This document shows, in pieces, positions 1-8,685 of a stretch of DNA of 64,000 nt. Under the pieces are notes generated by a model. The model did no database searches. It worked only from the letters and a program-made list of their open reading frames with translations, and was not told the DNA's origin. Both the position numbers and the translations under genes were made by a program. Source of the DNA: Bacteroidia bacterium (GTDB lineage: Bacteria; Bacteroidota; Bacteroidia; NS11-12g; UBA955); contig JBBAKM010000014.1 in assembly GCA_040403495.1 (NCBI GenBank), positions 614-64,613 of the forward strand, in the 5' to 3' direction. The first letter of the stretch is position 1; the number at the start of each line of letters is the position of its first letter.

Positions 1-1648
1 CAAACAATCTGAAAGAACGAGAGTAGTTGTTTTCAGCAGTTTTTAATTCTTCACTTTTTTGGTTGTAGTGGTCTAAAAGTTGACTTGCCAATTGGAACAA
101 TGGGTCAGCATCAATCAAAGCTTCAGAAGGGTAGTCTAAAAAGGCTAAAAGTCTGTCTTTGGAAGCAAAAATACTCAATTCGAAAGCAGAATTTACATAT
201 TTGCTAAAATCTTTGTTGTTGTTTTTAGCTAGTTTTTCAACGATTGGCGCTAGTTTGTAACCCGCTTTACTGCTGTATAAATTCAATTGAGCAGCCATTA
301 CATCTTTTTCCAAAGGCATGTAAATTGTTGCATAAGTTTCTTCAATAGCACCTTTTAATTTACCATATAATTCAACTTTTTTAGCAGAATCAGCTTTTGA
401 ATAGGCTTTTAATTGTCTGCCTAAATTGGCTGGTAAAGTTCCCAAAGAAGAAGTTCTGAAATAAGTCATCAAGTAGTTGTCGTGTCTTGATTTCTCGTTG
501 GTCATTGCATAATACTGATTGATTTCAGTTATTGCTTGTCCGTATTTTGCTTTATTTTCTTTTTTATTAGCCCATTTGTTAAAAGCAACTTCTTGTGCAG
601 TTTTTGCTTTTACCGTTTGGTGTTGAGTTAAAGCATCAATCATCCCTTGACGGTTTTTCCAATAGTTAGCCACTTGCGCATATTTACCAGCATAGTCCAA
701 ACGGATTTTATCGTCTTTGTCCATGTGTTTTTTCATGTTATCCATGCCAGTTTTTGAACCTTCAACCCAAGCAGGGTAAGCGAATTTTACGTTTTGTTCA
801 ATACCTTGAGCCGGCATCCATCTGTTAGTTCTACCAGGGTATCCTAAAATCATGGCGTAGTCGCCTTCTTTCACACCATTTAAGTTAATGCTTAAGTGTT
901 GTCTTGGTTTCAATGGTACATTTTCAGTTGAATATTCAGCAGGATTGCCATCTTTGTCAGCATAGACTCTGAATAAAGAGAAATCACCTGTGTGACGAGG
1001 CCATTCCCAATTGTCAGTATCACCTCCGAATTTACCAATACTCTCTGTAGGAGTTCCAACAAAACGAACGTCTTTATAATCTTGATAAACAAAATAGTAG
1101 TATTCATTGCCTTGGAAAAAAGGACGAACAGAAACAACATATTTGCCACCACCGTCATTTTCTTTTTGTATTGCAGCAATTTCTTTGTTAATAACGGCTT
1201 CTCTTCTCAATTCAGTCATGGTATCATTTACCAATTTCAAAATTCTGTCAGAAACATTATCCATTCTTACAAAGAAACGAACGAACAAGCTTTTTGGTTT
1301 CAATTCTGCTTGTTTGTTAGGAGCCCAATAGCCATCTCTTAGGTAATTGTTTTCAGGAGAAGAAAGTTCAGCAATGGCGTTATATCCGCAGTGGTGATTG
1401 GTTAAAACCAAACCATCTTTTGAAATAATTTCGCCGGTGCAACCACCATTAAATTGAACAATAGCATCTTTTAAGCTAGAGTTGTTAATGCTGTAAATTT
1501 CTTCGGCTGTTAATTTCAAGCCCATTTTTTGCATGTCGCGGATGTTGTTTTTTTCTAAAAACATCAAAAACCACATGCCTTCATCTGCTTTTGCAATGTT
1601 GCTAAAAAACAACACAGCAATCATCATAATCGAGTATATTTTTTTCAT
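1..1648 (-). CDS. S46 family dipeptidyl peptidase (DPP7/DPP11-like), 3' part runs off the window
   Basis: Not in the ORF track. Manual translation from ATG 1648: MKKIYSIMMIAVLFFSNIAKADEGMWFL...DAIVQFNGGCTGEIISKDGLVLTNHHCGY...KFGGDTDNWEWPRHTGDFSLFRVY...GYPGRTNR, all S46 hallmark motifs. Confidence 0.93.
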   Translation of the reverse strand, partial: MKKIYSIMMIAVLFFSNIAKADEGMWFLMFLEKNNIRDMQKMGLKLTAEEIYSINNSSLKDAIVQFNGGCTGEIISKDGLVLTNHHCGYNAIAELSSPENNYLRDGYWAPNKQAELKPKSLFVRFFVRMDNVSDRILKLVNDTMTELRREAVINKEIAAIQKENDGGGKYVVSVRPFFQGNEYYYFVYQDYKDVRFVGTPTESIGKFGGDTDNWEWPRHTGDFSLFRVYADKDGNPAEYSTENVPLKPRQHLSINLNGVKEGDYAMILGYPGRTNRWMPAQGIEQNVKFAYPAWVEGSKTGMDNMKKHMDKDDKIRLDYAGKYAQVANYWKNRQGMIDALTQHQTVKAKTAQEVAFNKWANKKENKAKYGQAITEINQYYAMTNEKSRHDNYLMTYFRTSSLGTLPANLGRQLKAYSKADSAKKVELYGKLKGAIEETYATIYMPLEKDVMAAQLNLYSSKAGYKLAPIVEKLAKNNNKDFSKYVNSAFELSIFASKDRLLAFLDYPSEALIDADPLFQLASQLLDHYNQKSEELKTAENNYSRSFRLF

Positions 1649-1795
1649 TTTTGTATGTATAAAATCTTCGCAAAGTACCCTTTTTTTTGTGTCATATACA
1701 AACTTTTTAAGGTTCAATGGGAGTTTTTTTCGTTAAACGTTAGTCCCGCTAATCTTTAGTTTTAACAACTCGGTTAATTATCCATTAAATTATAG

Positions 1796-1803
1796 TAAGT
1801 TTG
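1796..1803 (+). promoter_or_regulatory. Bacteroidota -7 promoter element for rnpB
   Basis: TAAGTTTG matches TAnnTTTG and lies 4 nt before the P1 helix of RNase P RNA. Confidence 0.7.
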
Positions 1804-1807
1804 CAGC

Positions 1808-2185
1808 AAGGCAATCGGTTTGTCGCGCTGCTTAATTGCGGTGAGGAAAGTCCGGGCAACACAGGGTACCACACCACTTGAAAGGGTGGGCAATCTGCAG
1901 GAATGTAGATTGACAGACAGGGTCGCAGAAAATAACTACCTCTATGGCGGATGTATTCCGTGTAAGGGGAAAAGGTGAAAACGTGGGGTAAGAGCCTACG
2001 CATGTGAGTAGTAATATTGGCATGGGATAAACCTTGTGGGTTGTAAGACCAAATATACCATGGGATGAGGGCGACCCGTCCGATTTTAAAGCTTGCTTTA
2101 ATACCATGGAGGGTAGGTTGCAATAGATAAATGACAAACGCTTTAATGCAAATTAAAGTACAGAACCCGGCTTATAGATTGCCTT
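1808..2185 (+). ncRNA. rnpB: RNase P RNA, class A
   Basis: GAGGAAAGTCCGGGC near the 5' end, GGTAAGAGC, TAGATAAATGAC, and ACAGAACCCGGCTTA near the 3' end. Terminal P1 pairing AAGGCAATC/GATTGCCTT. Confidence 0.97.
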
Positions 2186-2191
2186 ATTTTT

Positions 2192-2866
2192 TTAACTTCT
2201 TTTTATTGGATTCACGCTTGCAATCCAATATCTTCTGCTGATATCCTGAAATAAATGACTCTTTATTTGCTCAGTAATGGGTGTTAGTTCTACAATCTCA
2301 AATTGATTGTTCTTGCACAATAATTCAAACTTTTCTTTGTTGTACTTAGTGAACCCGAATTCTGTGAATGCTTGCTGTTTCATGGTTTCTTCATCCACAA
2401 AGGTGATAGTAGCGATGCCATTGGGTTTTAAAACTCGTCTGATTTCTTTGAACATTTCTTCTGGCTGGTCCCAAAAATAAAGCGTATTTACTGTCAGTAT
2501 TTTGTCAAAAGATTGGTCGGGATAAGGCATCTTAAACCCATCGTAGGTTGAAAATTCTGTTTGAGTTGAAAAACCATTTTCTTGGCAATGTCGGCGTGCT
2601 TCCTCGCTCATCAATGGTGAAATATCTAAACCGTAATAGGAAATGTTATCGCCTTTTTCTAGAATTAAATTGATGTGTTTGCCATTGCCATGCCCTAGTT
2701 CAAATAGTTTATAGTTGCTTTTTAATTTTAGTGCATCAACAGAGTTTTTTATCATTCCTCCATTTGAGTCGTTCATCATTAATCCCACTTCTATGCCTTT
2801 GTCCCCATCAGGTTTTCTGAGCTGTGAAGCAATTTCTTCTAATTCATTGGGGCTGTAATTTGACAT
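2192..2866 (-). CDS. Class I SAM-dependent methyltransferase
   Basis: Motif I FELGHGNG, GLDIS, PYPDQSFDKI, EIRRVLKPNG. Confidence 0.88.
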   Translation of the reverse strand: MSNYSPNELEEIASQLRKPDGDKGIEVGLMMNDSNGGMIKNSVDALKLKSNYKLFELGHGNGKHINLILEKGDNISYYGLDISPLMSEEARRHCQENGFSTQTEFSTYDGFKMPYPDQSFDKILTVNTLYFWDQPEEMFKEIRRVLKPNGIATITFVDEETMKQQAFTEFGFTKYNKEKFELLCKNNQFEIVELTPITEQIKSHLFQDISRRYWIASVNPIKRS

Positions 2867-2900
2867 TGTTGTGAAAAATTAAATGTTACTCAAAAAGTAT

Positions 2901-4664
2901 TTATTGTTTTTTGCTCAACCATTTTTGATTGTTTGCAGCGCTATTTACTTTGATAGAAAGACTGATTTTAGGGTCTTGGGTGCTTGAAATTTTCAAGGTT
3001 TGAATTAAGCCATTTCGTGAAATAATAACTGGAATTTCTGTTGAAACAGGGCAGTTTTTAATCAATTCTTCAAAGTTGTTCTTAACTCTCCATCCATTTA
3101 ATCCAATAATTTCGTCGCCCGCTTGTAAGCCCGATTTAAGTGCAGGTGAATTGCTTTCAACTGATCTGACCAATGTTTTATCGCCTTTTTGTTCCAAAAT
3201 TAATCCGGTGTAATCTTGTTTTTTATTCTCTTTAACGATTAATTGACAGTCTATTGACTTAAATGCAGCTTTGATTTTTTCTAAAGATTGATTGTCATTC
3301 GGCAACTCAACCCAATATTTAAAATCAATGGCCTGACCAGCCACTGTATTTATGGCGTTGTAAAATTCTTCATCGGTGAAACCTCTTTGTTTTTTGATGT
3401 AAAATTCTTGGTAAAGAAACTTCATTAAATCGTCTAAGTTCTTTTGACCATTACTTGCCTTTATCAATTGAATATCCAACAATGCTGCAATAACAGACCC
3501 TTTTAAATAATAGGAAATGTGAGTGTTTAAGCTGTTTTCATTCGTTCTGTATTCTTTTATCCAAGCATCAAACGAGGCTTCGTGCATACTTTGTACACTT
3601 CCGCCTATTCTGTTGAGAGTGTTGCTAATGTTTTTTGAGGTCGCTTTCAAAAAATCATCTTCTGTCCAAAAGCCAGCTCTTAGTAAGGCCAATTCATCGT
3701 AATAGCTTGTAATTCCTTCGGCAACCCAAAGAAGATTGGTGTAGTTTTCTTGACTGTAATTAAAGGGGCCTAGGGCAATAGGTCTAATTCTTTTTACATT
3801 CCACAAATGGAAGTATTCGTGGGCACACAAACCCAAAAAAGCTTTGTACTTTTGGTCGTTTGTGTAGTTAAATCTAGGGAACTGAACCACATTGCTATTG
3901 GCATGTTCCAAGCCGCCTCCCCCTTCTTCAACATGGTGAATGATAAATAAATAAGATTTGCAAGGGTGAACGCCGACAATGTCAGTCATGGTTTCACAAA
4001 TTTTTTGTAAATCTTTAGTAAATTGTTCTTTGTTGCAATTGTTTTCACCCACTAATGCGACAGTGTGAGGAACCCCTGCAACATTGAAAGTAAGTTCATC
4101 GTGATTGCCAATTTCTAATGGAGAATCAGCCAAATCATCGTAGTTTTCAAATTCGTAAGTATAAGGTGCGGTTTTAACTAAAGTGGTTGATGTTCGGTGC
4201 CAAGCGCCTGGAATGTCTAGTTTTAAAGTCCCTTTTTTGTTAGTCATATTGTCCACAAACATGAGACAGCTTGTTGGAAGAATAAAGGCGTGTTCATTGT
4301 CAATGTAAGAAGTTCTAACAGTGGCTTCAAAACAATAAACGGTATAGTTGAACTCAATATTTTTGGTCCCTTTGGGGATTTTTACTTTCCAAGTATTTTT
4401 GTCTGTTTTTTTACAGTCTAACGCTTGAGTGCCTGATTTGGCATTAGCGCTAATTACATTGCGTTCAAACTCCCTAATCATATAACTGCCGGGAGTCCAA
4501 ACAGGCATTTTAATGAAAATTTCAGAAGAGTTAATCTCTTTTATTTCCATTTTTACTTCAGCTAAATGAGAATTAGGTGATTTTATGCTTAGTTGGTAAT
4601 GAACAGATTGTGACATAAGGGTATTAATTGTTAAAATAATGGCAAGAAAAAACGTTTTTTTCAT
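2901..4664 (-). CDS. M61 family glycyl aminopeptidase with C-terminal PDZ domain
   Basis: MPVWTPGSY, GGGLEH, HEYFHLWNVKRIRP, WVAEGITSYY, and PDZ segment SPALKSGLQAGDEII. Start moved to MKKTFF (signal peptide). Confidence 0.93.
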   Translation of the reverse strand: MKKTFFLAIILTINTLMSQSVHYQLSIKSPNSHLAEVKMEIKEINSSEIFIKMPVWTPGSYMIREFERNVISANAKSGTQALDCKKTDKNTWKVKIPKGTKNIEFNYTVYCFEATVRTSYIDNEHAFILPTSCLMFVDNMTNKKGTLKLDIPGAWHRTSTTLVKTAPYTYEFENYDDLADSPLEIGNHDELTFNVAGVPHTVALVGENNCNKEQFTKDLQKICETMTDIVGVHPCKSYLFIIHHVEEGGGGLEHANSNVVQFPRFNYTNDQKYKAFLGLCAHEYFHLWNVKRIRPIALGPFNYSQENYTNLLWVAEGITSYYDELALLRAGFWTEDDFLKATSKNISNTLNRIGGSVQSMHEASFDAWIKEYRTNENSLNTHISYYLKGSVIAALLDIQLIKASNGQKNLDDLMKFLYQEFYIKKQRGFTDEEFYNAINTVAGQAIDFKYWVELPNDNQSLEKIKAAFKSIDCQLIVKENKKQDYTGLILEQKGDKTLVRSVESNSPALKSGLQAGDEIIGLNGWRVKNNFEELIKNCPVSTEIPVIISRNGLIQTLKISSTQDPKISLSIKVNSAANNQKWLSKKQ

Positions 4665-4741
4665 ACTGCAAATTACAAGACAATTGTGATTCAAAGCAAA
4701 TTTTAATTTATAAGATAGAAAATAGTTACTTTTGCATATTG

Positions 4742-5713
4742 ATGTTTAAAAGGTTTAGGATTATAATAATAGTTGCCTTTTTTGCTTTTGTGTTGACGAC
4801 AGCCTTTCGTCGTTCCGTCAATCCTATTGAAATAAGCAAAGAAACACTAGGGGAGAAGCTGTTTTTTGATTCAGCGCTTTCTCTTGATTATTCCATCAGT
4901 TGTGCCTCTTGCCACATTCCGCAATTTGCTTTTGCAGACACAGTTGCCTTTAGTAAAGGGGTAGGTGGAAAATTTGGACAAAGAAACACACCTTCGGTAA
5001 TGAATGTAAAGTTTAGAGACCGTTTTTTTTATGATGGCAGAGCCAAAGATATTATAGACCAAGTGCATTTCCCAATACATGATCCCAATGAAATGAATCT
5101 TTCAATGGACAGTTTAGTTCAACGATTGTCGGTCAATTCCAATTACGTGAAATGGTTTAATGCCATATACAAGGAAGGTCCTACTAAGCAAAATATAGCA
5201 GATGCAATTGCTGCGTATGAAATGACTTTAGAAACCTCCAATACGCCTTTTGATGCTTTTATGAATGATGTGCCTAACAGTTTAAATGAATCAGAACAAA
5301 GGGGTAGAGACATATTTTTGAGCGACAAAGCCAAGTGTTTCGATTGTCATTTTGGTCCTGATTTTACAGGCGATGAATTCAAAAATATAGGTTTGTACGA
5401 TGGATTAAAATGGAACGACAAAGGCTTATTTGGAATAACAAAAGACAGTGCAGACTTGGGGAAATTCAAAGTGCCCGGACTTAGAAATGTGGGTGTTACA
5501 GGTCCTTACATGCACAACGGGGCTTTTAAAACGCTAAAAGAAGTAATTGATTATTACGATAATCCCTTTTCAACTGTAGCAAAACCCATTAACATAGATG
5601 AATCGCTAAAAAAGCCTTTGGGATTAACCCTACAAGAAAAAGAAGATTTGTTAAACTTTTTGTTGTCATTGACAGATAAGCAATTTAAAAATAGAGTGAA
5701 TTGGAATGATTAA
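4742..5713 (+). CDS. Di-heme cytochrome c peroxidase / MauG family
   Basis: Two CxxCH motifs (CASCH, CFDCH), RNTPS, FKVPGLRNV, PYMHNG. Confidence 0.92.
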   Translation: MFKRFRIIIIVAFFAFVLTTAFRRSVNPIEISKETLGEKLFFDSALSLDYSISCASCHIPQFAFADTVAFSKGVGGKFGQRNTPSVMNVKFRDRFFYDGRAKDIIDQVHFPIHDPNEMNLSMDSLVQRLSVNSNYVKWFNAIYKEGPTKQNIADAIAAYEMTLETSNTPFDAFMNDVPNSLNESEQRGRDIFLSDKAKCFDCHFGPDFTGDEFKNIGLYDGLKWNDKGLFGITKDSADLGKFKVPGLRNVGVTGPYMHNGAFKTLKEVIDYYDNPFSTVAKPINIDESLKKPLGLTLQEKEDLLNFLLSLTDKQFKNRVNWND

Positions 5714-5885
5714 GCAACTTGAAAATAAAAAAGCGTTCCAATTTGCATTAGGTCATTTTGCTTTTAATTTTGCTGAACTTGAATTTTTGTTACGTTCGTG
5801 TTAACGCCAACGACCAGAAAAGTATAAAATTAATTGTTGGTAATAACACCAACAATGGCTACAATGGCTTCAATGAAAGAATTTA

Positions 5886-5913
5886 GTGAACTAATAGAAC
5901 AAGTGGCGCCCTT
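5886..5913 (+). repeat. 28-bp direct repeat, left copy (duplicate of nif3 5' coding sequence)
   Basis: GTGAACTAATAGAACAAGTGGCGCCCTT is identical to 6777-6804. Confidence 0.9.
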
Positions 5914-5997
5914 GTGTATGGGAACTATTTGAATATTTAAAGTAAAAAGTAATACGAATTCGAGCATTTAACATGTTTGCTCTACTTTATTAGTTAA

Positions 5998-6282
5998 TTA
6001 AGTTCTTGAAGGGTTTATTTGAATTTGGCCACCTATTGCTTTTAGTACTTTCATGATAGTGCCAAATTGAGGTTTAGCACCCTCTGACAGGGCTTTATAT
6101 AAACTAGGTCTACTCATGCCTGTTTCTTCTGCTATTTTGGTCATGCCGATAGCTTTGGCTACATGCCCAATTGCAATAATAATATCAGAATTGTCTCCTT
6201 CCTCAAGCACCGTATTGAGATATTCTGCAATCATCTCTTTGTTGTCTAAATAGTCTGCTATGTCAAATTTTGTAGTTTCCAT
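5998..6282 (-). CDS. Putative addiction-module antidote (HI1420-like HTH antitoxin)
   Basis: FDIADYLD..IAEYL..AIGHVAKAIGMTKIAEETGMSRPSLYKALSEGAKPQF; lies directly downstream of the killer gene. Confidence 0.9.
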   Translation of the reverse strand: METTKFDIADYLDNKEMIAEYLNTVLEEGDNSDIIIAIGHVAKAIGMTKIAEETGMSRPSLYKALSEGAKPQFGTIMKVLKAIGGQIQINPSRT

Positions 6283-6283
6283 T

Positions 6284-6586
6284 TTATTGATTATTTAAAT
6301 TTTCCCAAATTTCTTTTGCTTTTTTTATGTCTTTATCTTGTGATGATTTGTCTCCACCAATGAGAAGGATAATTATTTTTTCATCTTTTTATTTAAAGTA
6401 AATTCGATACCCTTTTGCGAAATTAATGCGCAATTCTTTAATTCCATCACCAACTGATTTGCAATCCCCAAAATGTTCATCATTTTCTAACTTCTGAATC
6501 CGAAACAAGATTTTTGCTTTGGCTTTCAAATCACTTAACTTTCTAAGCCATTTGTCAAATTCACTTGTTTTCTCAATAAAAAACAT
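6284..6586 (-). pseudogene. Addiction-module killer (HI1419/RelE-ParE-like toxin) interrupted by an in-frame TAA
   Basis: ...[61 protein letters not shown]. The conserved LLxGGDKSxQ tail continues in frame after the stop at 6389-6391. Confidence 0.85.
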
Positions 6587-6592
6587 TAATAA

Positions 6593-6610
6593 TGTATCTA
6601 GTTGGATACA
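6593..6610. promoter_or_regulatory. Palindromic operator of the TA operon
   Basis: TGTATC-N6-GATACA just upstream of the toxin ATG, overlapping a minus-strand TAATTTTG box. Confidence 0.55.
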
Positions 6611-6757
6611 AAATTAAATATTTTTTTTGTATTTAAAAAGTTTAATTTATTTCAAGGCAAATCTTTAAACTCCCATTATAACATTTTATACATCCCCTAT
6701 TTAATTTTCTTTTATCTTTGACCGTCAAAAAGTTTAAAAATAGAACGTATTAAGGAA

Positions 6758-7855
6758 ATGAAAATAAAAGAAATTTGTGAACTAATAGAACAAGTGGCGC
6801 CCTTATCATATCAAGAGGGGTACGACAATGCTGGTTTGATTATTGGCAATAAAGAAACTGAAGTTAGTAAGATTTTATTGGCATTGGATACCACCGAAAA
6901 AGTAATTGACGAAGCCATCGCTTTACAATGCAATTTAATTGTGGCCCATCACCCTATCATTTTCAAGGGGTTAAAAAAGATTAATGGCAATAATGAAATA
7001 GAAAAAGTAGTGATTAAAGCAATTAAGCACGATATTGCTATTTATGTGGCTCACACCAATTTAGATAATGTTTTGAAACGTGGTGTTAGTGCCAAATTCG
7101 CTCAAAAGTTAAACTTAGTGAATTGCAGGATATTAGCACCCAAGTCTAATTTATTGGTTAAGCTAAACATCAATGTACCCAATTCACATGTTGAGCAGAT
7201 AAAAAATGTATTGTTTGAGAATGGGGCAGGGCAAATAGGGAATTATTCGGAATGCTCATTTGGTTTAGAAGGAAATGCAACTTTCAAGGGGAATGAAGAT
7301 GCCAATCCATTTATTGGGGAGCCTAACAAAAGGGAGCACGTCAGTGAAGTTAAATTAGAGTTTATTACACCCGCACATTTGGTTTCTTTATTGTTGTCAA
7401 AAGCAAAAGCGGCGCATCCATACGAAGAGATGGCTTATGAAATTGTGCCTGTAAGCAATGAATTACAAGAGGTAGGTTCGGGGGTAATAGGAGAGTTGCC
7501 TGAGGAAATGTCCGCAGATGCCTTTTTGGGACACTTAAAAACAAGCATGAAATTAGAGGTGATAAAGTTCACAAATTTTGATAAACCCATTAAAAAAGTA
7601 GCTGTTTGTGGAGGCTCGGGTAGTTTTTTAACAGGTGTTGCCATTAAGAATCAGGCAGATGTGTTTGTAACGGCCGATTTTAAGTACCACGATTTTTTTG
7701 ACGCCGAAAATAAATTAATGTTGTGTGATATTGGGCATTTTGAGTCGGAAATTTCAACTTTAGAGATATTTTATGAAATAATTACAGAAAAATTCATTAA
7801 TTTTGCGGTCATTTTTTGCAAAACAAACACAAACCCCGTTAAATATTTTAAATAA
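6758..7855 (+). CDS. Nif3-like dinuclear metal-centre protein (YqfO/YbgI type)
   Basis: QEGYDNAGL, AHHPIIF, HTNLD, HPYEEMAY, VCGGSG, DIGHFESE. Confidence 0.95.
   Translation: MKIKEICELIEQVAPLSYQEGYDNAGLIIGNKETEVSKILLALDTTEKVIDEAIALQCNLIVAHHPIIFKGLKKINGNNEIEKVVIKAIKHDIAIYVAHTNLDNVLKRGVSAKFAQKLNLVNCRILAPKSNLLVKLNINVPNSHVEQIKNVLFENGAGQIGNYSECSFGLEGNATFKGNEDANPFIGEPNKREHVSEVKLEFITPAHLVSLLLSKAKAAHPYEEMAYEIVPVSNELQEVGSGVIGELPEEMSADAFLGHLKTSMKLEVIKFTNFDKPIKKVAVCGGSGSFLTGVAIKNQADVFVTADFKYHDFFDAENKLMLCDIGHFESEISTLEIFYEIITEKFINFAVIFCKTNTNPVKYFK
6777..6804 (+). repeat. 28-bp direct repeat, right copy (within nif3 CDS)
   Basis: Identical to 5886-5913. Confidence 0.9.
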
Positions 7856-7861
7856 CAGTAT

Positions 7862-8665
7862 ATGGTAGATTTATCAATCGAAAAAAAACTAAAAGCAATT
7901 TGGGAACTTCAACAGTTGGATTCAAACATTGATCAGCTTAACCTTCTTAAAGGTGAATTGCCAATGGAAGTAGCAGACTTAGAAGACGAGATTATAGGGC
8001 TACAAACAAGGTACGAAAATATTCAAAATGAAATAAAAAGCTACGATACCAACATCACTGGTTACAAGTCTAATATTAAATTAACTGAAGAGTTAGTTAA
8101 AAAATACAAAAAACAATTAGAGGCAGTAAAAAACAACCGTGAGTTCGAGGCTTTGAATAAAGAGATTGAAATTTCTGGTTTAGAAATTTTGGCTGCTGAA
8201 AAGCGTATCAAAGAAAATCAAGGTTACATCGACCTTAAGAAAATGGCTTTGGACGAATTAGCAGGAACTATTGAACAGCGCAAGCAAGACTTAGAGTTCA
8301 AAAAACAAGAGTTAGAAACAATTGTTAAAGAAACTGAGGAAGAAGAAAAAGCCTTAATGCAAACCCGTATTGGTTTTGAAGCTGATGTTGATGATAGATT
8401 ATTACGTGCTTACCAAAGAATTCGTAAAACAGTTAAAAACGGTATTGGTGTTGCACCAATCGTTAGAGGAAGTTGTGGCGGATGTTTCGCTAAAATTCCA
8501 CCTCAAAGACAAAGTGATATCAAACAACATTTCAAAATTATCGACTGTGAACATTGCGGTAGAATATTAGTTGACAATGAAGTAACTGGTATTTACACTG
8601 AAAAACCAGTGGAGGAAGAAAAACCAAAACGTAGAGTTAGAACGCTTAAAGCGACCACAAAATAA
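7862..8665 (+). CDS. Coiled-coil protein with C4-type zinc ribbon (DUF164/CT398-like)
   Basis: Long coiled coil, CGGCF...CEHCGRIL; usual neighbour of nif3. Confidence 0.92.
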   Translation: MVDLSIEKKLKAIWELQQLDSNIDQLNLLKGELPMEVADLEDEIIGLQTRYENIQNEIKSYDTNITGYKSNIKLTEELVKKYKKQLEAVKNNREFEALNKEIEISGLEILAAEKRIKENQGYIDLKKMALDELAGTIEQRKQDLEFKKQELETIVKETEEEEKALMQTRIGFEADVDDRLLRAYQRIRKTVKNGIGVAPIVRGSCGGCFAKIPPQRQSDIKQHFKIIDCEHCGRILVDNEVTGIYTEKPVEEEKPKRRVRTLKATTK

Positions 8666-8685
8666 TTCACTAAAACCAAAAGCTT

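Noticed and set aside
910-1736. Short track ORFs at 910-1179, 992-1342, 1107-1331 and 1533-1736
   Set aside because: They overlap the S46 peptidase reading frame, which explains the region.
1785-2137. Two minus-strand ORFs of 112 and 101 aa
   Set aside because: Antisense to RNase P RNA, with no protein motifs.
5793-5855. Integron attC site
   Set aside because: No integrase or cassette array, and no convincing R/L box pairing; treated as REP-like palindromes.
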